This document shows, piece after piece, positions 12,122 to 24,700 of a DNA stretch of 64,000 nucleotides (position 1 is its first letter; the number at the start of each line of letters is the position of its first letter). Both the position numbers and the translations under genes were made by a program. The stretch lies in contig JAYWIR010000010.1 in the NCBI GenBank assembly GCA_036172245.1, positions 2,790,001 to 2,854,000 of the forward strand, written 5' to 3'. The notes under the pieces are model-generated. The model ran no database searches. It was not told the origin of the DNA and saw only the letters and a program-made list of their open reading frames with translations. The stretch is from Raillietiella orientalis. Lineage: Eukaryota.

Positions 12122-15100
12122 GATTTTCATCCGAGATCTCCGAGACGTTTATCGTGAACAATAAACAACACAAAACGGTAGGGTTACTGACCCTATGAAG
12201 TCCTGACTAGGGCACAGCTTGAAGAGTGTCCGGCGCGCAGACTGGGGAGGATAGACTCGACAGCAGAGGGGATGGGAGAAAAATATATATATATATATAA
12301 ATAGCTTTAGGGGCAAGGAAGGGGTCACAACCTGCAGGGGACCGTCCTCGGCATCCTCTCGAGGATGCTGACAAGTTCTTCGGTTTTCTTCAGGTGGAGC
12401 CATATCGTTGTCTTCCGTGAAAAACCTAGAGAGAAGTGGCGTACCTGTCGCGTCCTCCGTCCTCTGGAGTCGCTCCAGGCCTCCATAATCCCGCGTAGGA
12501 AGCAAAGGGCTGCAAGGGATGCAGCCCTTGGCGATGTGTCGCTCACGAAGAGGAGTTTTCGTGCGTCTCTGGGATTGCCACATGGGGTCTGGAAGGTCGC
12601 CGTCGCGAAACGTTTCCGCAACCGGTCGCCGGGCAACGCTGTATACAAACGGGTGCGGGAGGGACTCGCGTTCCTGCATTCTGGATCCATTCCTAGGGTC
12701 CAGTGATGTCAGCGGGTGTTGCATGGGAGGCCCCAAAGCAACAGCAGAAGCAACGACTCCCGCCAATTGAGAGAGAGCGTGAGGAGTGAAGGGAAAGGAA
12801 TTCCTGTCGGAAACACACGAAAAGGCAGCTTCAGGGACCAAGATCACTATGCGTTCGATCCTTCCTTCCGAAGGGCACAGCAGATACAGGAAGCGGCTGC
12901 CGCCAGAGACCTCGGGATGCCCAGCGACGAGGAGCTAGTGGACAGATGTCTCCGGGTCCGCTGTTCCCGCAGACTGGAGTGATCCGGTGGGGATTCCCCA
13001 CTTCGTGGCGGCATGCGCCGACAGAAGAGTCCTGGGAAACTCGCTCCAGCGTCTTCCCTCTTCCTTCTCCTAACCTGAGAAGTCTCGAGGCGACGAGCGC
13101 TGCTTCAGAGGGAAACGAAAGGGCAGAACTGGGAATTCCTGCCATGCTAGTCTCTCTCAGTTTCCTGAAGTCTATCCGACTCGGTGACTACTCGAGAAGG
13201 CAGGTGAGGAGTGAGCTGAGGTGCGATGGTGGACGCTGGAGACGCCTGCTTTCCGCCGCAGCATCCAAGAACACGAAGGACCCGAACAAGAAGACCAAAG
13301 TGGCGTCTGATTGCTACGCTGCTCTCGGAGACGCGAGAATTCGGGGGTTCGCGCCATCGGCTCTGGAGTGGAAGCTCCATCTCACCCTTGGAGACCACTC
13401 CCCCGCCTCAAGCACTCACTCCACCCCCCACCCCCTAGTCGAGACCCCCATTTTCCAAACGGCTCCCGTCCTGTGATCTATCAGTCCCGGAATCTATGGC
13501 GTTCCCAACCAGGAAGACTGCCGGATCCCAGAGTTCTGCCTGCCTTCCTGCATATGAGCTACCAGGATGAGCACGCCCACCGGGAGTCCGCCTCTTGCCT
13601 TGCTCCGCAGAGTCCTTGCCGTCAGTTTTCTTCCAGGTTTCCTCTTTACTTGATATCGGTGGCAGGCCGTAGAGGTCCTCGAAGAACGGCGAGAAAAGTT
13701 ACGGAAAAATCACTTTGGGCACACCGAAAGAAGGATCCCTTCTGAACCGCGGTCCTGCATGCCGATCCTTATCAAGTTCTTCTCTCCCGTCGTTCTTCCA
13801 GGTCCAGATCTCAGGGATGCTATTGGAGAGTCTGCTGCTCCCCTCCTTGGTTCCGGATAGACGGACTGCGACAGCTCCGGTCAAAGGTGGGTGATGGTCG
13901 GACGGCCGAGCATTCCGTCCTTCTCTTGTGAATCCGATGGGCCCCTGGTGCCAATTCTCTCAGGACAGCTACCCCCACGGTGGCGGCATTCGCGATGATG
14001 AGGTTTGGAAATTCGGAAGTGGGAAAGGCTGGGCTTGTTGTCAGACGACCGGGACTTCTCTCTTGCCGTGGAGGAGATGGGGTAGATGCAAAATTAGCAG
14101 AAAGGACAAGAGATCCCTTCAGGCTCCCTATTTCTATCGGGAATGCCCTTGAAAACGCCCATGCCCATGAAGGCGAGGGGGAGCGGGGACAGACGTGGTC
14201 GCTTCCTTCGAGACTAGGAAGCTGTCGAGCGCTTCTCGGGGGACGGGAAGCGAGAGGGGTCCTTTCTCGCCGATCAGGGAACGTCCACTACTCGGTCCCT
14301 TTCCCTTCCCTATTTGCTTCCCTCGCCGACCATGGGAATTTCTTCTGAGGGCCTTCCCGTGACCCCTGAGCCCGTATCCCTCTCTTCCTCCGACAGCCAA
14401 ATGAGTCTCTTTCCTTTGAAATCTGGTGACTCCCCAGATCGACAAAAGAGTCACGTTCATTCTACTTCCCAGAAGAGACCTTGCTTCCACGGAGATAGGG
14501 GAAAGGGCGGCTCCTGTGTGTTTCTGCGGCAAGCAACGACGGACCGTCGCCATTGTAGCCCGGCAGGGATGGCCGAGTCTGCGACTCATGCTCGAAAGGA
14601 AGGCAGTTATTGGCATCCCAGCTGCCTCTCGCCGGAGGGGCCCCAGGACGACGCAGCTTCTTCAGAGGAAGGGGCTCTTAGTGTTCCTGGTGTGAGGGTG
14701 CTATCACCTCCAGGGTCAGCTTTGTTGACCGGCTCATCCAACACGCAGTCCGTGGCCACTTTCTCCTTGTATGGACTGAGCCAGTACAGGCTTGTGCATT
14801 TTAAGGGATTGTCTGGAAAGAAAGGAATTTCGGAATGAGCGGATCGTGAGGGCTGATCGGCTCCCCCTCTTCCCTCTCTACTAGGCGATTTTCCTAGAGA
14901 GTCCTCCCCAGGAACCGGAATCGGGACCCCTTCCCTTCCACCGTTCACTACAGAAACACTGTACCCGCACTGCGCTTAAGGGGGTCGCTTAGGCTAATAA
15001 AGTGGGAGCGATGCTCGAGGCATGGGTGTCCAACCACCTCTAGGACTCTGGAGGACCATCTATTGGGTAACCTCCCATCGTTTGGTGACCCCAGGTAATC

Positions 15101-15200
15101 AGGGAGACGTAACTTCTTTCTTGATGGCGAGGCGGAAGATGGCCACGAGCTTTGCACTCGGGCACTCGAGCCTCAGGTTCGCGTTTCCTCCTCCTTAGGT
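12122..15200 (-). mobile_element. Decayed, internally deleted L1/Tx1-like LINE (ORF1 remnant, APE endonuclease remnant, zf-RVT, 3'UTR)
   Basis: Minus-strand remnants in the expected order: zinc-knuckle-like PDNPLKC..ATDC (~14750-14830), GSLVLSANF (~14100) and SDHHP (13888-13902) endonuclease-like motifs, zf-RVT (12500-12780), and a 3'UTR closely matching 61960-62149. Confidence 0.65.
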
Positions 15201-18200
15201 GGGCATGACTCTGGACACCCTCGGTCCATGGCCAGAATGGCGACCGTGCAGCGTCTCCCTGCGGCGCGCCGCAGCGGGAGAGGTGGCTCTGCCAAAGGTG
15301 ACCTCATCCTACTGCCACTGGCAGCGACTCGCGCGTCCCCAAAGAGAGAGTAGGGTCAGGGCGCGCCTTGAGATGCTCTCTCTCCTGAGGGATGGAACCC
15401 TCCCCGCCCCACTGCCACTGCCGTGTCTTCATCGAGCTTAGTGACTCCTTGAGTGACCCCCTGTTAGCTGCTGCGGGTCAACGGAGACCTCTCGGCGCCA
15501 CCTGAAACAGGATGCGCGAGAAGGTGCGCGCGCGAGGAATGACAAGTTTGACTTCTGCCGGCTTTCCGGCTTCCGTCTCTTATGGGGGAGAAGGCCCCCT
15601 CCCAGTTCTCGCTCCCAATTTGTTGTTCCCGACGTTCGGCTGAAGAATCCTCCGCAGCGGCCATCTGCCCCTCACGGCCGCCGAACCTCGGGCCGTGAGG
15701 TGCACCCGCCGCTGACCAGAGACGAGGTCCTTTTCACGGAACCTCCCCCAAGCGACGGGGGCCGCGAGATGGAGTCCAGGCGACTAACCCTGAGGTGACC
15801 TCGCACAGGAAGCCCAGAGAAACACGCAAATTCTTCGTCTGAAGATGTCGCCGAGCAGGGCCGATCGCAGGTGCCCTAGGGAAGCAAGGGGGCTGAGCTG
15901 CTGCTGCTGCGAGCACCGGGTCGCCCGGCTCCCTGAGCCCGCAGACGAGCAACCCTTCGCGAGCAGAAGTCCCTCTCCGCCGCTCGCCCCCCGGGCGAAT
16001 TCTTCCCCTGTGGACTTCGAAGCGTTTCCGTCGATGGAACGCAAGAGGCTCCTTCTCCTTCCTTCCGGACAAGGGAACTGCGGGGTCGCCGCCGTGAGTG
16101 CAACCTTTGATCCCTCTTTTCCTGCTCGCTGTTGTGCGCTAGGTGCTCTCTCGGGCTGCCGCACCTCCCCGTGGTTCCTCGGAAAGGGAAGTGGGATGGC
16201 AAACTCCTGGGTCTATGGGGGACGACAGGATGAAGAGGAACTTGCCCCGGAGACCACGCATCTCAGCGACGGGGTCGCGGCGAGAGCATTCTTGTCGGAT
16301 TTTGGAGCACGGTGTAATCCTCCAGAGGGCACGTCTTAGCTTCGCAGAGCCGGCGCTGGGCGTCGAGAGACAGGAGCGGCGGGACGGCTCTGGCAGCTGT
16401 AAAGATGGGGGGCGGGGGATCGCACTCCAGTCGAGTCTTGCGAGGAATTCGCCTCTCGCGCCACGTTTCGAGCGACCTGCTCTCCACGGCGACAGTCCCA
16501 GTTTTATCGCTGAATGCGAGCGCGGAGGGATGGGGCTGCTGCCGAGGTCGCCTGGTCGCGCAAGTGTCTCCTGCAAGGAAGCATCCAAAAGCTGGCGGAC
16601 AGGTCTCCACATGTGGAGGTGCAAATGTGATCTTTCAGCCGCGGGGAGGGTCAAACCGGGGGCAGCAGCGGACCTCGCGAGGATTTTCTTCCCGATATCT
16701 GCATCCGTGCGCTTGGGCCCCAGAGTTCGAGAGCCGCTTCGGGGCAAAGGGACCGTGCAGGGGAGGGCGGAGCAGACCCCGAGTGCAGGAGGGAGGGAGA
16801 TGCGTTGTCGGTGCGGCCGAGGGCCTGCTCCTCCAGAAGGCGGCAGGGGCGGGAAACCAGGATGGGAGACGAAGGGAGGAGAGAGGGTGTTCAGCTCCCC
16901 CGTCCGGTGGACGCCGCCGCTGTCGCCCACAGTGCGGCGTGCCACTGGCTCGGACGCTGCGCTGATGGATGGGTTCCTATCTCGCCATGATAGCGCGCCG
17001 GGGTCGGCCCCGGACGCGGGTAGGAGGGACGCCACCATGACTGAGATGCGACCCCTCGCGCAATCCGCCCGGATGGCGGCCGATCAGGCCGCAGGGTGAG
17101 CCGCGTGCAGGCAGGAAGAGGGAGGACACTGCATCCTGGAAGTGTTCCTGCATCATCTTTGTGCTCGGGAGGGCACCTTCCGAGCCCGGAGACTCCGGGT
17201 AACGATTTCAAAGGAAACAGAGGACCGGTCATTAGAACCTCCAGAGCACGAATGCAGAGGGCGAAGTCTCCAAAACCCGTGAGCGCGGCATGGACGGCCA
17301 TATGGTCCCCCTCCAGGGAAGGATGAGAGGTGGAGGAGTTGGTTTCTCCAGTCTCTTCCCAGAACTCGGGATCTTAGCGTCAGAGGAGAAAGAAGGGGAA
17401 CGCTGCCCCTCCAGACGGAATCCGGATACCAAAGGCGGAATGAGAACTTCCCTGAGAGACAACCGGAGGGACCAGCAGCACGCAGGCTGACCGGAGCGCG
17501 ACCCATCTGTCCGCGGTAGGATGCTGCGCGTGTGCCGACGCATCCCGGAAAGGAGGCCGCTTTGGGAGTGACTCTCGCCTCCCTTGCGGGGAAGCGGAGG
17601 CAGAGTCTCCTGTGAGCTCTCTGGGACGGAGGCGAAAGAGAGGGAGCTCAGTCCCGGGTTTTCCCTCGGGGCGCGAGAGACCTCCTGGGAAAGGAGGCGG
17701 GGAAGGAGAGAGGCGGCGGCTCGCACACGCCGGAGAGGTCACGGCAGAATCAACCCATCGGAAACAGTGTGACCACATGCGCTCTTAGCGAAACGAGGCA
17801 TGAGAGAGAGGAGGAAGGATGCAGGTCCGGGACGTGACGCCCACGTTGCGCAGGGGTCCTGTGCGAGCAGCTCTTTGCCCACCCCGCGCTCTGCAGTCCT
17901 GGGGCGCGGGACCTGCTCCCGTCCTGAGAGGACGACGTGCCGTTACGAAGTTCAAGATCCATTGCGGGCCTGGGACGAGGGACTGACTGGTCGCACCGAG
18001 GAAGCGCCAGAGGGAAGAGAGGGGGAGAGACTTGAAGGGTGGGAGAGGGACGCGAAGAGTGAGGCCAAATATCCCAGGACGGCTCTTGGCTAAGTCCCTC
18101 CTCACCCGTGGGCTCAGGACGACCTCTGCGTAGGTGAAGGCAGCTCCCGAGATGCTCGGTCCGGCTGCACCCCCTCGATGGGCGCCCTCTGGACGGCGGA

Positions 18201-18389
18201 TCTTTCCTTTCATCCCTACCGCCCAGAAACCCACCCTTTCTTCGAGTGCCACGCTGGAGCGTGGCTCTAGAGCTCTCCTGAGAGGGGTTCTGGTCCAATG
18301 ATGCCTTGGAGGAAGGAGGGTCTCGTCTGCTCCTTCCCTTTCCGGACTCCTTGCCCGCGTCGCCGGCCGTGTGGCTGCCTTCGCACGTG

Positions 18390-18935
18390 GCGCCGAACGT
18401 CGAGGGTTCGAATTCCTCCCGGAGAAGGATCGACGCCGGAGAAATGGGAGCATCGTGGGTTTTGAGTCTCCCCTGCATTATGACTCTGACTGGTCTGTAG
18501 GCTTCGGGTGCGTCACTGAGGGTAGCCGGAAACCCCTGGATGCTCCCGTGGATTGGCCGGGATTTGGAGTCGATCTGCCGAGATCCCATCAGGAATCAAG
18601 GTCCCGTTCCCTTCATGGTTCCCCTTCAGTTGTGCAGAGGAGCTGGTGGATGGATACCTCCCCAGAGTACAAGAAGCGCACTGCTCCCTTCGGGGAGCGC
18701 CTTCCAGAAAACTTTGGAAGCGTCGCTTTGGAGTTCTCTTCAGAGGAGGAAACGAGGGATCCTTTCCGGGTTTTCTTCGGAAAAGAAATGAGGAACATTC
18801 CCTTCCTGGGGGGGGGGCCTCCGGAGAGAATAAGGAAGAGGTTTCCTTCGGATATAACGACGGCGGAGTGTTCCCTTTAGGGTTCCCTCTCAAGCGTGAG
18901 AGGGGAGGAGTCCAGTCTCTAAGGAGCGCTCTGGC
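18390..18935 (+). mobile_element. tRNA-derived SINE-like element, diverged copy
   Basis: GGGTTCGAATTCC...GGATCGACGCC head and body align by eye with 27455-28075 and 30985-31535. Confidence 0.7.
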
Positions 18936-19415
18936 CAGGACGCGGTTGCAGGAGGAGGATTGAAACCGACAGGGAGGACGACGCTCCCGCGGGGCTCGCG
19001 GCGCGAGACGTCCGTCCATGAAGGCACCGCCGCGGCTTGGAAAGGGGCCGGAGCCAGCAACTGCGGGAAGAAGGAAAGGTCGTCGCTTGTCCTCTTTTTC
19101 CCTGAGGTTCTCGCAAGCCCCCTGCCGCGCACGTCGCGTCCTGGAGTGCCCATTCGAGAGGGAATGAGTCACTCAGCAACAACGCGTCCCCTTTGAGGGA
19201 CTTTCCCTCCGCTTCCGAGGATCCTCCTCCGCACCCCTCACCCAGATCTTGGAAATTCGGAGGTGAATTGAGCTTCCGGGACCTCTCACTCCCCCTTCCC
19301 TCGCCGTCGCGAGTACCCCGCAGGCAGGCGCTTGCCCTAGGAGCTCAGGGGGAGTGCCCTCGAGGGCAGCAGCTTTCAGCAGGGAAAGGGAGGAAAAGGA
19401 GAGTCTCGGACTCAC

Positions 19416-20481
19416 CGGTGATATCCAAGGCAAAGTCTCCTTTTAAATTCTTCACGACCTCCTCGAAGGCGTCTTGGTCCAGCGTTCTGAGGCAGTTTCT
19501 TGACAGTTTTACAGAGGAAGGGAGACCTCCTGGAAGAACAGGCGTGAAGGAAGTGGGCTCGAGCGGTAAACCGTGTGGGGCTGGGTCGTGGCGGAAGGCC
19601 CCTATCGCGGGCGAGGTGGATCCGAGGAGGGTCAGGCGGCTCCGTTCCAGGGCTTCCTAGCTGTATTCCATCCGGGACTGCACGGAGTGACCTCGCCCAG
19701 GAGCGGGCGCATGCTCCCGATCCAGAGAGGGGATCGGAGGGAAGGATGGGGTTGAGCAGTACTGACCTGAAAACGCCTTCGGGGCGACCTTGGAGATTAG
19801 GTTGCCCTCGAGGAAGAGCTCCACCTGCGGAGACGACAGGGCGAGCTGGAAGGGCCCGATCTTTAGGAGGAGGTTATTTGAGAGGATGAGCTTCTTCAGA
19901 GCGGGAAGAGGCAGGAACTCCCCCGCAGGAATGCTCTCCAGGTGATTGCCTTCAAGGTCCAGCGTCTCTAATGACCCGTGGTAGACCAGAGGGGGCAGCT
20001 TTTTGAGGCCGCATTGAACGAAGGAGAGCACGCGGAGCTCCGGGAAGCTCAGCAGGGCCGCTTCCAGGGGCAGGTTCTCGACCGCTGAAAACATCATCTC
20101 CAGGTGGAGTAGAGTGCCCTGAGAGTCCTGGAGGGAGTCCTTTTCCAGAACCTGCTTTGGTGCACGGATCAGGGAAAAATTCTCCAGCCGCAGCCTCCTG
20201 AAGACGGCCCTCGGGAGCCGCTGGTTCTCTTCGCCCCAGACGGTCATATTCACAAGGGCGCGCTCCACAGGCAGGTAGATCTGGGGCAGTAGGGCCACTT
20301 CGGAGGTTTTCCCCGACAGAACGTACCTGGGAACGTTCTGCCCCCCGTCGAAATCACAGAAGAGTTTGTTCGGGAGGTTTTGCGGGCACGGCCACGCCCT
20401 GGGGGAGCAGGGCAGGAGGAGCAGCAGCAGAAGCGGCAGAGGTGGCAAAAGAGGGAGCACCGATGTCACCGACGGCAGCAT
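19416..20481 (-). CDS. Secreted or cell-surface leucine-rich repeat protein; exons 20481-19767 and 19529-19416, 3' end unresolved
   Basis: ATG followed by a Leu-rich signal peptide, a Cys N-cap (CPQNLPNKLFC) and several LxxLxLxxNxL repeats. A GT-AG phase-1 intron joins in frame to GGLPSSVKLSRNCLRTLDQDAFEEVVKNLKGDFALDIT. Confidence 0.85.
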
Positions 20482-21738
20482 CGCGCCAACTGCGGGCGTG
20501 GGAGAGGTGGGTGCTCTTATCACGCGCGCCCCGCCGCTGCAGCCGTCGTCTCCCGGGAGACGCGCCGGCGCGCGCTATCGGCAGCGCGCCTGCCGTCGCC
20601 AGAATGCTCTGCGCTGCTGAGCGGCAAGACAGCTCCCAGAAGCACAGAAAGGAACGGGATAAGAAGGGGAAGGTGAAGGAAGACGCCACTGTGCCCACCC
20701 GTTCTCTCCTATACCCACCCGACCGTCTGCGCCGTCGCCTGATGGCAGGCAGTCCCAGACGACCTGCCAACCCTCTTGCTGATTCCGCGAGAGAAGTCAA
20801 GGGAAAAGCGGAGAGTCGGGGCAGGAAGGCCCAGGAAGAGGGAGAAACGCCAAGGGAGCAGTCGCTGCAGGAATCTCCGCCTCTACGTCCGTGGACAGCA
20901 GGGAAGGCAAGAATGGACATTAAGGGGCTGCCCTGTGCCCGAAGCCCAGGGGGAGGTGACCCAAAGGGAAAGGAACTCGAGTCATCTCAGCTTCCCTTCC
21001 CCTCCCTCCTTCCCTTGTCCGCGCTCCCCACCCCCACCCCCGTTTGAGCGAAAGCCCCTCTCGTGTCTTCGTGCCACTCAGCCTCCTGCGATGGGGAGGG
21101 CAACGCTCTTCCTCATCTATGGAAACTTCTCCTGACAGGCCTCCCGAAGCCGGAAGCCTCCCTTCCCTACGTCCAGGGCCTCCTCCTTACCTTTCCCCTT
21201 CTGCAGAGAGCTCGCTCGATACCTATGGCAGTTCCTCGGAGCATACGGTTGTACCCGGAACTCGGCTCGCCGGAAAGAATAGGCGGGACCTTCTCTCAGC
21301 AGGACCTTCTGGAAGGGAGCCTCCCACCCGTTTCTCGAGGGAAAAAACCCTCCTGGTGCTCCAAAAGCAATCCCTGTTTTCTCCTTTCCTTGCCCGACAC
21401 CCGATCCCTAGACCGTGAGTCAAAAACTTCCCCTTTTCTTTAAAGAGGAGGTGCGGAGGAGGAAGAGCTCCCCCGGTTCTTCCCCCTCGCCCTCCCGAGA
21501 TCTTCCTGGAGTGGAGGGATGCGGTCCTTCAGTCTCGAGATCCTTCGTTCCATTGAAGGACTCGCCGTGGCGTCACCGTGGCAGGGATCTCCTCCCCCTT
21601 CTCTTCCCTCCCCTCCTGCGTCCCGGAGGCGACCACATTCGTGGGGCGGGGAGGGGGAGGGGGGAAGAAGGAAAGGACTGTTGTGCGAAGGGGGTGGAGG
21701 GAATTCCTCCCCCTTGCGAAAGCATGCCTGGTCCTCAC

Positions 21739-24700
21739 CGGGAGGCACTCCTGCGAGCGACGTCGTTGGCGAACTGGGACGCCCACGGTTTGGCCTCCCT
21801 CGTGCCCAGGTGGACCCACGCGGCGTCCTTGCCGCTGCGCCAACCGCACAGGTGCAGCTGCGCGATGACAATGCTGACGCTGCCTTCCGCCCCGTAGCCT
21901 CGGGCTAGGTCCTGGACCCTCTTGGCGGCGGCCACGGGGTTGCACACGGACCGCACCTCCTCCACGACCTCGCCGGGAGTCATCACCTCCCACAACCTGG
22001 AAGAAGTGTCTTTGCCGCTTCCGCGTGGGTAGCTCCCGCCGCTGCCAGACTGAGCTTCGGGGAAGAACCCTTCCCCCCCTCCTCTCCAGGGCAAACCTTT
22101 CATTCTCCCCTCGGGGGGTTGCTGCCACCCGCGCGCTTCCGGACCGGTTCGCGCCGTCTCCACGTCGACCGCGGGAATCTGGGCGTCGCACGCCTTCGCG
22201 TCGCGCTTGCTGCACTTGCACCTCGGGTGGGCAGGTGACTTCCTCGCCTCCTCCCCTCCTTTGACGCCTGAAGGCGTCCCTTCTGAGGAAGGGGCAGCAC
22301 CAAGCGGGTGGATCCCCGGGTGAGAGCGCTCAAGTCCGGGAAGCGAGAAGGCAGGGTAGCGGCCTGAGCGTCATCGTCCGCACTATCTCCGAACCAGGAT
22401 CATTGGGAATGTTCCCCTGGGGTGGGGACTGCGGGGGGGGGGGAGTGTCGGAGAAAACACGATCGTCGCACTCGCAAAAAACCTCACAACGGATGTGTCC
22501 GAGAGGCCGATGGCGGGGGGGCCGCAACCGGCGCTACCTTGGGAGAAACCAGACGGCCTTGGGAGGTGCGCTGGTCGGTCGGAGTTCCAAGGGCGGAACC
22601 CGCCTGGAGAGAGAGGGAGGAGGGATCGGGGAAGGACCGCAGTTCCAGTGGGCAAAGAGGACAGGACTCCCCGAGGCAGTATGCGGCCGGGCCGAGGCGT
22701 TCCGGGGGCAGGCGGCGGCAGGGAGGCGAGGAATCTCCTCCACCCACGCCCCCGCACTCTCTCCCGACGCCTCCCTCCTTCCTTGGCATTCCTGGCAAGG
22801 AAGGAGGGCGGTCTCTCCCCCGCACGCGCGCGCGAGTGGGCGGAGGAAAGCCGGGGCGGGAGGGCGTGACCGGCGCTCTCCTCGTCGTGCTCCTCCCACC
22901 GGTCCCTTCCCTTTCCCACTCAGTAGGCCATCTCTCTTCTCATGACGTTGCTTCCCGCCCTCACCCCCCCCCCCACTCTCTCTTCTCGCCCCGGGCAGGA
23001 GGACTCATCCGCCTTCGAGTCCTTTCCTCCTTCCCCCTCGAACGAGGCAGAGGACACTCCACAGCTGTTTGGGAGGGCGTGGCGGCGGCGGGAGCACCCC
23101 TGGGCGTACCTGTAGTTCGACAGGAGGAGGAACTCGTCCGCGGACGTAAGGTCGAATTCGCGCGAGCTGACACCGCCCGCCTCCTCCAGGACGGGGCACG
23201 TCGCTTCCCGGTTGCGGCGAGGGATCCTCCTTGTAGGGACCTGGGCTCTCCCTTCGAGCCTCGGGGCGGCAGTAAGCAGCACGGCCTTCCCGCCCCTGCA
23301 CAGCACCGCGTGGATGCTCCCAGAACTGGCAACGCTCAGGCGGCAAGCCCGGGCATCCTTCCCGGCCGCCTCCCTCTGGACCACGTGGCAAGCCACGCCG
23401 CTCACGGGAGACCTTGGACTCTCCTTCTGGAGCATCCTGAGGGAACAGTATCCGCGCCTTGCGGCGGGAGAAGCGGAGGCAGGGAGTTCCTCACCTCAGC
23501 ACAGCCGCTACCGAAGACCTCAGGGCGTCCTGCGCTGGGCCGCGCCTCCGCGCCCTCTGAAAGGCGTCCACGAGCATCGCCACAGCCCTGCGGCACGGCC
23601 TGCCGTCTCTGCCGCTGTCGAACATGGCCAGCAGGCATTGGCGTCCGCCAGAGGCGCCGTCGTCGGACGCGAACTGAGGTGCCCTCAGCTGTGCGACGCA
23701 AAGCCTAGAGGGATGGGAGCGAGATGAAAGGAACAGAGGTCGAGCCAGATGATGAAGTGGGAAGAGGGGGGAGGGAAGGCTTGGGGAACCCCAGCGTTCC
23801 CTACCGCGGAGCCGGGACAGTAGGACCGTGGAGATGGGGGACTTGTCCACTCTCCCCCTTCCTCCCTCCACCCCACCACCCGTTCTGCAGGCAGACCCGG
23901 CGTCTGTGAGCCGTCTCGAAGGGACGGTTGAGGGACGCAGGTCGCGCGCAGCAGCCGCCTCCACGCGAGGCTGCAGGAGGAATGATGGACCCCGCGGACT
24001 CTGGAAGAGGGGTGGGAAATGGCCGTTGGGGTCGCGCCACTCCCCCTTCTCCCTCCTGCAGTGGTACTCTCACCGGTTTCCCGGACCCGCAGCCTCGGAG
24101 AACCCGATGGTCCAGGCACGCTCTGAAGAGTTCCCAGAGGTCTGGTCGTCACAGGTCACGTTGACGAGCTTCACCTTCCTGTTTGCGCTGGCATGGAAAA
24201 AGGGGAACGCCCCCCCCTGTGGCTATCCCTCTGCAGGAGACCTGTCCTTGGTACCCACCACCTCATCCGTAGCTCCTCTGGGTCGACGGAGCACTGGGGG
24301 TTGTTGCTGACGTCCAGCCTGGCGAGAGAGGATCCCAGGAGGCGAGAGAGCTCCACGCGCTCCAGTCCATTGCACGAGACGTCCAGTTCCTGGAGGTGCA
24401 AGGAGGACGGTTAAGACAAAGGTAAATGAGGAGAAGAAGGGGAGGGAGGAGGAGCAGAAGGACTCCCAGAAGGCTTCCAGAGATGAATGTTGCCCAGGGG
24501 CTTGCACCCACTTGCGCGCCGTGAGCTCCAACTGCCCTTACACCGTCCTCAGGCGGAGTGGCGGCAGCCTCCTCGCGGTTCCACGAACTCGACTTTCTCC
24601 CGCGAACGCCGCAAATGCGCAAGGTCGTCTGACTCCTCCTCTTCCCCCTCCCCGCGCTTCAGGGAGACTCCTCAGCGGTGATGGCAGCGGAGTCGGAAAT

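Noticed and set aside
21600..22460. G-quadruplex regulatory elements
   Set aside because: The G-runs are mostly the complement of C-rich intronic pyrimidine tracts and are ubiquitous in this zone.
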